In this document: one piece after another, positions 1 through 8,311 of the stretch
Numbering within the stretch: the first letter of the stretch is position 1
How the letters are laid out: each line of letters opens with the position of its first letter
Origin: Anthoceros angustus
Lineage: Eukaryota > Plantae > Anthocerotophyta
DNA: 9,992 nucleotides
NCBI GenBank assembly: GCA_010909165.1
Contig: VJWM01000425.1
Span: 1-9,992, forward strand
Direction: 5' to 3'
The notes under the pieces: generated by a model
Seen by the model: only the letters and a program-made list of their open reading frames with translations
Told to the model about the DNA's origin: nothing
Databases searched by the model: none
Made by a program: the position numbers and the translations under genes

Positions 1-680
1 CAACTCAACCAACCACTTAGATGATGGCTCCTTTATAGATGACCTTGAATACTAGATACTACTGAGGATATTTGATATTTCCTTTCTAGCATCTTCAAAT
101 TGTTTTTCTTGTGATAGGTACTATAAATGGATATTTGATATTTCCTTTTATGGCACGTTCAAGTTGTTTTTCTTGTAATACATACTATTAATGGATATAT
201 GATATTTCCTTTCCAGCATGTTCTAATTGTTTTCTTGTGGTAGCGATATTATATTTATATTTGGTATTTTCTTTTGTGGTATCTTTGAATTTCTTTCGCG
301 CTCATTGGGTCCATCTTAGTAACAAAATGGCATGGTTGTGCAACTTAATAATTAAGTCTCCTCACTTGCCTTCTTAATGTACAACATGTCAATTGGAGAA
401 CTAAACTACACCAAATCTTGAGGAATAGAAGTTGATGTGGGAAATAGTTACCACGTGATTAGACAAAGGCATTTGTTTCGTTCCTTGATGAACTTTGTGA
501 CTGAACTAAGCAATGTCATGCCTAACACTTCAGCCCAAATGTGGTAACATGGTCATAGTTTTAACCTTATTAATGTTATGAATTGTGCTAAACTTACGTC
601 AACTTAAGGCTGGCCTTGATTGCCACGAACCTTTTATGTTGAAGCTCACGATGGCCTCCCAAAATTGCTTCTTACTAAGG
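1..680. repeat. Left arm of a long inverted repeat (partner 8312-8983); truncated by the window start
   Basis: Bases 1-43 (CAACTCAACC...ATAGATGAC) are the exact reverse complement of 8941-8983. The match continues with scattered small indels to ...CTTCTTACTAAGG (680), which pairs with CCTTAGTAAGAAG (8312). Confidence 0.97.
50..240. repeat. Three imperfect ~63-bp tandem units inside the left inverted-repeat arm
   Basis: GGATAT(T/A)TGATATTTCCTTT...TTGTTTT(T)CTTGT recurs at about 66, 129 and 193. Confidence 0.9.
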
Positions 681-689
681 CGTTCGTTG

Positions 690-728
690 GCTTGGGATTA
701 CGTGGGCAGCAGCCACGTAATCCCAAGC
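690..728. other. Perfect 16-bp hairpin (7-nt loop) at the junction of the inverted-repeat arm and direct repeat copy 1
   Basis: GCTTGGGATTACGTGG (690-705), loop GCAGCAG, then CCACGTAATCCCAAGC (713-728). Confidence 0.95.
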
Positions 729-1170
729 TATGACGGATCACAATATACGAGACTTGGTCAACTACCATCTCATATATTATGTCTTTGGCGCCTCACTCCA
801 AGCATAATTTGGTGCGCAGAAGCACACACTACGTGAGGACAATGAGGAATGTGTTGATGCAAATGTGGCGGGTCAATGCACATAATACAATCAAATGTGT
901 GCACTTCGTTGACTACTAGCCATTGTGTCTATAATTTGTATCATGTGAAGAGCAAATGTATGGCAAAGTTATAACATGCCAACATAGTTCCCTTGACGGA
1001 TGTATGACTTAGAGGAATAAGAGTTAGATGAATCGCAAGATTGTTGAGAGTGGGCGGAAAAAGTTGATGCGGCATTCATATCATAGAACTTTATGTTATG
1101 ATAGCATCTCGAATAACTCTTTTAAGAAAATTGCCCAAAAAACTTAAACGCAAGACCACCTAGTGTAAAA
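713..1170 (+). pseudogene. 5'-truncated duplicate of the C-terminal part of the putative F-box gene (no F-box motif in this copy)
   Basis: Same sequence as 5399-5860 (peptides HVIPSYD, EDNEECVDANVA, WAEKVD), but joined to the hairpin instead of the F-box-like 5' part. The F-box assignment itself is inference. Confidence 0.4.
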
Positions 1171-1179
1171 GATGTGATG

Positions 1180-1286
1180 TTCTTAATTTTCTCTATCAAA
1201 GCATTTCCTATTCTTAATTTTCTCTATTCAAGCATTTTTCTATTCTTAATTTTCTCTATCGAAGCATTTTCGATTCAATTTTCTTC
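1180..1286. repeat. Three 31-32-bp tandem units plus a partial fourth
   Basis: TTCTTAATTTTCTCTAT(C/T)(A/C/G)AAGCATTT at 1180, 1211 and 1243, then partial TTCAATTTTCTTC. Confidence 0.93.
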
Positions 1287-2975
1287 ATCTCTCGTCACAT
1301 TCCTCATCCGTTGTCTTGTATTTATGTGTGTATATACCTCTGTGAAGGCCTTGGGGGCTACATGTTCGTTCATGTTCGTTTGTATACTAGTAGGAACCTT
1401 CCTCTTTAAATGTCCTTGAGGCGGGCAAGGGACATGTTATCGGAGATCGTGGCGGTCTTCTCTCCTTTCGGGACCTTCGTCACCGATGGCCACGTGGTCA
1501 AGTGGCGGTGCTACACCACTCCCCTAGCTAGCGTTACATTGTTGTATGCTTTTCGACAAGCTTGAGGTTGGTGGATGTGAGCGTCAACTCTTGTGCGTTT
1601 GAGCATGACATCCCTACCTTTGAACTTGTAATCGATCAACGTGCATGTGAATAGCCTTGGAAGCTTGGGGTCCTGGAACTTAAATGCTCCTTGTGCTAGT
1701 CCGACTCCTCAGGGTTTCACCAGGCGTCGACACGGTATGGGAGCAACCCTAAAACAATGCCGCGCCTTGCGTGGACAAGCATATGGACCAGGATTATCAC
1801 ATGGGACTTGTTATTACTGGTGCATGCTTTGGAGTCGTTCTACCGTATTGCTTTGTGACATGAGCACTCTTTGTGTCTCTCCGGAAGGGGTTTGTCTCAA
1901 AACCCTTGAAGAAACACGTCAAATTTTGCCAATTAAAGTGGATTAAGAGAACTAGACCCATACACTTGCCAACGGATACAAAAGAAGATCTGTGGATGTG
2001 GCGCTCATGCTCTAAAGGCGGGAGTGCACAGGACAACGCACTCAAGAGTCAGTGCACGGGTTTGGAGAGGATTGCGCCGATACTTGTCTTGAAACACTCG
2101 TTCGATTGCATGCACACTTGCCACGCACCGACACTCACATCAATGTTCTTTTCAAACCCCATCATCACGAAATCCACGATGCGGCACACCTCGACTGCCC
2201 CCTCCATGCGAGACAAGCCACAAGTTCTTTGCTCTAGGCCCGAGCGAGAATCGGGCAAGGTCTTAAGGATGGTCATGCCTCCTCAACGCTTCTTGACCGA
2301 ACTCTTGGGCTTACATTTCTCCTTGTCCCTTCAACCTTACTAGTCCACCCACGGCGGCACATGGTGCAAGTTAGATCTTAAATTCAAAATCTCTTGGCGA
2401 AGCTATTATGGTTCGTCTCCGAACACCTAGCTACACAGTGCATGGGCGTCATGGGTATAGAACGGGTCCTCCTTCATAGCCTCACTAAAATCGAGTCATT
2501 TGGTCAAAATCCTCGGCTAGGGCGACCTCTCTTTCTTCACATACTCGGCTCTCACTAGGGCTCGTGGTGGGGGCATATGCTCTCTTGCTTGTGTTCGACA
2601 ACATCCACGCTTTCATTCAAGGCGGATCATCAATTATCTTTATTTTCTTACTTCTCTGTAAAACATTGTGAAACATTGTCGTATTCAAAAGGTTGGCCAT
2701 CGAAACCACCATTACACATGTCAAATTTTGGAAAATGTAGCTCATCTAGAAACCAAGGCGCATGCATCTATACACGCATCAAACTCGGATTAGCGGACAT
2801 TTGGCACCAATAAAAAGGTCTAGGCAAGTCGTAGGTAGGGTCGGGGCACATAGAGTAAGGCCGAAAAGGTTTTAAATGTGTATACAAAGCGAATGTATGA
2901 ACATAACGTCAACCAACAAATGATTTTCAAAACCAATATTCCATACTTTAAACCTAGATCGGATGATTTACAAAT

Positions 2976-3109
2976 TTTTCAAACCACTAAAATCAACACC
3001 CCATCATTGATCCCCCAAGTTGCTTGGTGGAGTTCTTACAAAGTTTTCAAACTACCAAAACAAACACCCCATCCTATCGATCCAACCCAGCTGGACTTTG
3101 GAGTTCTTA
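2976..3109. repeat. Imperfect ~68-71-bp tandem duplication near the 3' end of the direct repeat
   Basis: TTTTCAAAC..C.AAA..AACACCCCATC...GATCC...GGAGTTCTTA at 2976-3038 and 3044-3109. Confidence 0.8.
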
Positions 3110-3203
3110 TGTTAATCGGTCTATCTACGCTGCCAAAGCACATATTCTTCTATCGGATAGAAATAATACATATACAAATCGCGGACGTCGCGCATCCACT
3201 CAA

Positions 3204-3291
3204 CACTTCCATCGCTGGACACCCGCAAGATTGGGGTCTCGAATACACCACTTCCATCGCGTTGGATGCCGGCAAGATTGGGGACTCAAAT
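3204..3291. repeat. 45-bp-period tandem duplication
   Basis: CACTTCCATCGC...GGA...GCAAGATTGGGG(T/A)CTC(G/A)AAT starting at 3204 and 3249. Confidence 0.88.
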
Positions 3292-3949
3292 CGCCCGAGC
3301 GTCGCGGCGACGCGCATGCGCGAACCTCGAGCGCATTGCCCCATTTCCTTCCTCTTTTCACTCTAATAATGGAGTCCAGTCCACATTGCACTAGGCGTGT
3401 GGTCTTGTTTTCTAGAGTCCTAGTTTGTCCTCTCGAGATGGCCACAGTCGGTGTGATGTCCTCTCACAATTGCGCGGGCGTCCGTGTTTCTTTTTTGGGC
3501 TTGAGTTGCTTCTTTTGCATGTTGGTTGCGCTGGACGTTTGCTTTGGCTTGTTGGACTGGTTTGGTTTGGTTTGCCTCTTTCAACCGCTAGGAATCTTGT
3601 CGCTTCGAAAGAGGTGTTTAGAATTCCGATATAAATCCTTGAAATCCTTCCTTGTGAAGATGAAATTTGCGAACCTTCTTGGCTTAAACCATCGTAAGTG
3701 TTCGCGAGAAAATAACATGGTCAATGTCTTTTTGTACATCTCTAAAGAGTGGTTTTAAGATGATGCGTTTGGCCCGTTTGAAGGTCGTTTTGGCCTTTAG
3801 AAACCCAAACCCTTTAATGGCGAATAACCTTTCCGGAGACAACATTGGCAGCTCCATACGATTAGAATCAACAAAGAGATCACGACCATTTAAAACCTTT
3901 AAATGAAAACATTTTCATTTATAATCGGATGAGAACTCCTACTACTTTA

Positions 3950-4360
3950 AAAGTAGATCCCAACATCAAAGTTCCATGGCAAGAATACCCGTCAACTCTT
4001 TTTCCTTCCTCTACCCAACAAGCTACATCCGCTACATACAACCAAATCACTTCGCATTGAACATCTATCCAGATCCAACTATTAGGACCAAAAGTGCACC
4101 TCAACATAAAAAGCTCCATGGCAAGAGTGCTCGTGTCAACTTTTTCCGTCCACTCGTCTTCAACAATGTTGAGCTTCGTCAAAATTGCAACCGGGATGTA
4201 ATCATACATAGTTGCGGTCTGACAATTTTGTCATAACTTGGCATGCGGGTCCCAACCGCAAATATGAACAACAACGGCGGTTGGATAAGGTGGAAATATT
4301 TGATCGGATCCGGTACATAGCCACATTCGCATCGGCGAACTCATAGTCCACGCAAGTCCT
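3950..4360 (-). pseudogene. Decayed inverted paralog of the coding region held in the direct repeat (possibly an F-box-protein C-terminal repeat region)
   Basis: The reverse complement of 4136-4155 matches 1048-1067 at 19/20. The reverse complement of 4320-4333 matches 856-869 at 13/14. The anchors are colinear and share peptides (DANVA; W-x-EKVD...FML). The functional label is inference only. Confidence 0.45.
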
Positions 4361-4837
4361 TGGTAGTAGCACCTCCAAACATTGCGTGGCCTCAAAGCCA
4401 GAGAAAGACCATCATGAGCAAAATCGTCTTCAACATGATGGACATTTTCAAGAGCCATGGTAGCGGAAAGCCTAACAACCCAAGATGTAGTGAGACACGA
4501 GATGTAAAACCCACAACAAGGCAATTTTGTTCAAGATTGCAACTTGACCCCATATATAGGCCTCCAAGGCAATCTATCGCGATAACGTATCAAAAGCTCA
4601 TGATAACTCTCGATCATCATCAAATAAGATTGTTCACTAAAAGATGGTGATATCCGGTTTCTTTTCTTGTTCTTAAAGACATTTTGACATTCTGCTTTTA
4701 AGTTTTAATAAAAATAAAAATTATTATCCTTGTTATTTATATCAAGCTATTTATTTATAGTTTTTCCGTTTCATTGTGGTTTTTGTGCTAGTCAATGAAT
4801 AACCAAGTCTTCCAAAATGTTTTTTATGCGGTCATTG

Positions 4838-5870
4838 ATGAGTAACCCATCTTCACTAGCAAAAGAACACCTACAAACATCGTTGAACAACACGAATTGA
4901 ACGGATGTGCACGCATCACTTTAGTAAACTCGAGCATCCGGTGGATCGGTTGGCTGGGGTATTGAAGAAGCATTTGATCCGCCAAAGGCTCGACGGGTGT
5001 GGTATAGGTTGGAACTCCAGCTATGCAATCGAAAACCAAATTCTAAAGAGAATCCACAATCTTATTGTTTTGGGTGGAAAACATATATATTAATCATGCT
5101 TTAAGAAAATTGATCTCGATGGTGGCGAGCCTATAGTAATTTCTCTATGCAAGTCTTGGATTTGTTCTAGAGTAAGTACTACATCGTCGCCAATAGCTCA
5201 ACCTTAAATAACCTTGATGGTTTCTCCGTTGTGCTACTTGATTCGCTTTGTCAAACTTCATTCTAGGTGTCTTGAGCTTTTCATCCACTCATATGGCTCA
5301 TGCTCATGTGATTCTCAATCTTCTTTTAGGGTTAGGAGATGGGATAATAACACCAATCTTTCCAAGCCCACTAGCATCGATTATAAGTTCGAGCGAGCCC
5401 ACGTAATCCCAAGCTATGACACATATGTCGAGACTTGGTCAACTACCATCTCATATATTATTATGTCTTTGGCGCCTCACTCCAAGCATAATTTGGTCTT
5501 GCAAAGCACACACTACGTAGAGGACAATGAGGAATGTGTTGATGCAAATGTGGCGGGTCAATGCACATAATACAATCAAATGTGTGTGCACTTAGTTCGA
5601 CTACTAGCCATTGTGTCTATAATTTGTATCATGTGAAGAGCAAATGTATGGCGTGCAAAGTTATAACATGCCAACATAGTTCCCTTGACCGGATGTATGA
5701 CTTAGAGGAATAAGAGTTAGATGAATCAGATTGTTGGAGAGTGGGAAAAAGTTGATGCGGCATTCATATCATAGAACTTTATGTTATGATAGCATCTCGA
5801 TGTAAATAAGTCTTTTAAGAAAATTGCCCAAAAAACTTAAGCAAGACCACCTAGTGTAAAAGATGTGATG
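4838..5870 (+). pseudogene. Frameshifted putative F-box protein gene (plant F-box with kelch-like C-terminus); may be intact if the frameshifts are sequencing errors
   Basis: ORF 4905-5093 reads FSKLEHPVDRLAGVLKKHLIRQRLDGCGIGWNS, resembling the plant F-box pattern WSxLPxDLxxRILAxLPxxxLxRxRxVCKxWNS. Downstream YK...YDTYVETWS (ORF 5214-5570) and WEKV (~5742) fall at roughly the spacing seen in F-box/kelch-type proteins. There is a candidate ATG at 4838. Matching is by eye with no profile search, and both boundaries are approximate. Confidence 0.45.
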
Positions 5871-5970
5871 TTCTTAATTTTCTCTATCAAAGCATTTCCT
5901 ATTCTTAATTTTCTCTATTCAAGCATTTTCTATTCTTAATTTTCTCAAGCATTTTCGATTCAATTTTCTT
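5871..5970. repeat. 31-bp tandem array, second copy (third unit shortened)
   Basis: Same units as 1180-1286; the third unit reads TCTCAAGC instead of TCTCTATCGAAGC. Confidence 0.92.
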
Positions 5971-7655
5971 CATCTCTCTCGTCACATTCCTCATCCGTTG
6001 TCTTGTATTTATGTGTGTGGCAATATATCTCTGTGAAGGCCTTGGGGGCTACATGTTCGTTCATGTTCGTTTGTATACTAGTAGGAACCTTCCTCTTTAA
6101 ATGTCCTTGAGGCGCAAGGGACATGTTATCGGATCGGCGGTCTTCTCTCCTTTCGGGACCTTCTCACGTGGCCACGTGGTCAAGTGGCGGTGCTACCACT
6201 CCGCCCTAGCTAGCGTTATTCTTGTATGCTTTTCTCGACAAGCTTGAGGTTGGTGGATGCGTGAGCGTCAACTCTTGTGCGTTTGAGCATGACATCCCCT
6301 AACTTGTAATCGATCAACGTACATGTGAATAGCCTTGTGGAAGCTTGGGGTCCGGAACTTAAATGCTCCTTGTGCTAGTCGACTCCTCACAGTTTCACAA
6401 GGCGGGACAGTGTATGGGAGCAACCCTAAAACAATGCCGCATCGCCTTGCGTGGACAAGCATATGGCGGACCAGCGGATTATCACATGGGACTTGTTATT
6501 ATGGTGCATGCTTTGGAGTCGTTCTACCGTATTGCTTTGTGACATGAGCACTTTGCTTTGTGTCTCTCCGGAAGGGTTTGTCTCAAAACCCTTTTGGCTT
6601 GAAGAAACACGTCAAATTTTGCCAATTAAAGTGGATTAAGAGAACTAGACCCATACACTTGCCAAGGATACAAAAGAAGATCTGGATGATGGCGCACTCA
6701 TGCTCAAGGCGGGAGTGCAGGACGTTGGGCGCTATACTCAAGAGTCGTAGTGCCGGGTTTGGAGAGGATTGCGCCGATATGTGCAAACACTTTCGTTCCT
6801 TGCTGTGCACACTTTGCCGCACACTCACATCAATGTTCTTTTCAAACCCCATCATCACGAAATGCGGGCACACCACACGACTGCCCCCTCCATGAGACAA
6901 GCCACACTTAGAGTTGCGCTCTAGGCCCCTTGAGCGAGAATCGGGCAAGGTCTTAAGGATGGTCATGCCTCCTCAACGCTTCTTGACCGAACTCTTGGGC
7001 TTACATTTCTCCTTGTCCGTCCGCTTTCAACCTTACTAGTCCACCCACGGCGGCACATGGTGCAAGTTAGATCTTAAATTCAAAATCTCTTGAGCTCGGC
7101 TATGGTTCGTCTCGAACACCTAGCACCACTGCGATGGGCGTCACAATGGGTATAGGCAGTCCTCCTTCATAGCCTCACTAAAATCTTGAGTCGACCATTT
7201 GGTCAAAATCCTCATTATACTCTCTTTCTTCACATACGGCTAGGGCTCGTGGTGGCCGGGCATATGCTCTCTTGTGTTCGACAACATCCGACACGCTTTC
7301 ATTCAAGGCGGATCATCTATTATCTTTATTTTCTTACTTCTCTGTAAAACATTGTGAAACATTGTCGTATTCAAAAGGTTGGCCATCGAAACCACCATTA
7401 CACATGTCAAATTTTGGAAAATGTCATCTAGAAACCAAGGCATGCATCTATACACGCATCAAACTCGGATTAGCGGACATTTGGACCAATAAAAAGGTCT
7501 AGCGCAAGTCGTAGGTAGGGTCGGGGCACATAGAGTAAGGCGAAAAGGTTTTAAATGTGTATACAAAGCGAATGTATGAACATAACGTCAACCAACAAAT
7601 GATTTTCAAAACCAATATTCCATACTTTAAACCTAGATCTGGATGATTTACAAAT

Positions 7656-7795
7656 TTTTCAAACCACTAAAATCAACACCCCATCTCGTATTGATCCAAG
7701 TTGCTTGACAGCTGGAGTTCTTACAAAGTTTTCAAACTACCAAAACAAACACCCCATCCTATCTTGATCCAACCCGTTGGACTTTGGAGTTCTTA
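7656..7795. repeat. ~70-bp tandem duplication, second copy
   Basis: Counterpart of 2976-3109 within direct repeat copy 2. Confidence 0.8.
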
Positions 7796-7845
7796 TGTTA
7801 ATCGGTCTATCTACGCCTATTGTTTTGCTACCGTTGTTTACAGGT

Positions 7846-7882
7846 TTTGTTTTGTTTTATGTTTTATGTTTTATTCTTTTTT
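7846..7882. repeat. T-rich low-complexity tract: (GTTTT)3 followed by (ATGTTTT)2
   Basis: GTTTTGTTTTGTTTTATGTTTTATGTTTTATTCTTTT read directly. Confidence 0.8.
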
Positions 7883-8311
7883 GCATTATGCCTTAATTGT
7901 TGTGCTAGTGGTTTAATTTATATTATTGTAGTATGTTTTTTCCGCTTGGCCATGAAATTTAAAAATGGAGATAAGATGAGAATCCCAATGCTTATGTATT
8001 CACAAGAAAAGCCCAAAGTAGGTCAAACCTCGCTATTCCACAACGCAAAGTCTCTACGACTAACCTCTTATCCTACAAGTCTAGGTTTGCTTTCACGAGT
8101 TTGATAGTCCTTGAAATCATCCTTGAAATCATAATATGATGAGTAGTTCTTTATGTAAAGTGTACAAATTGGATGGTCTCATCTACACTAAAGTATTGGG
8201 GTCTCCTAATTGCCGCCTTGCAATATTGGGCACCTTGATAAAGATTTCGTGCCGCCGAAACTAGATATACGAATGGCTCCTTTTGATGAAGGTTTGAATG
8301 CCATGGACAGC

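Larger units (their letters stand above)
713..3130 (+). repeat. Direct repeat copy 1 (~2.4 kb; partner 5399-7816)
   Basis: Colinear with 5399-7816 from CCACGTAATCCCAAGCTATGAC to GTTAATCGGTCTATCTACGC. The copies diverge immediately after (TGCCAAAG versus CTATTGTT). The ORF track shows matching peptides in both copies, e.g. LEETRQILPIKVD, MTILKTLPDSRS and SYFSVKHCETLSYSKGW. Confidence 0.98.
5399..7816 (+). repeat. Direct repeat copy 2 (~2.4 kb; partner 713-3130)
   Basis: See copy 1. The homology may start a few bases earlier (AGCGAGCCC at 5392 versus AGCAGCC at 708). Confidence 0.98.

Noticed and set aside
690-728. Helitron 3' hairpin or rho-independent terminator
   Set aside because: No CTRR about 10 nt beyond the stem on either strand and no U-tract. 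The stem is fully explained as an inverted copy of the start of D.
1491-1496. G-box CACGTG (two at 6165 and 6173 in copy 2) and a telomere-like CCCTAAA near 1746
   Set aside because: Six- to seven-base motifs are expected by chance, there is no linked gene start, and the copies disagree.
1641-2813. Overlapping ORFs inside the direct repeat (and their counterparts at 6268-7502)
   Set aside because: Frames and lengths are not preserved between the two copies and I recognise no domain. A decayed TE protein remains possible but is unsupported.
713-3130. Both direct repeat copies measure 2418 bp between my anchors
   Set aside because: The offset drifts internally (4686 at the ends, 4691 near 1180), so the equality is a coincidental balance of indels.
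3024-3758. Longest ORF (244 aa) as a real CDS
   Set aside because: It crosses the 3130 breakpoint and a tandem duplication, its first codons are not open in copy 2, and it has no recognisable motif. The opposite strand looks more protein-like.
713-7816. LTR retrotransposon or LARD with 2.4-kb LTRs
   Set aside because: No TG...CA termini on either strand, no PBS or PPT next to the repeats, no target-site duplication and no gag/pol in the spacer. The left boundary also cuts through an ORF.
7817-7882. T-rich tract and TTTACAG as a retro-insertion tail or splice acceptor at the end of copy 2
   Set aside because: It is not a poly(A) tail in the orientation required, there is no TSD, and no downstream exon can be identified.
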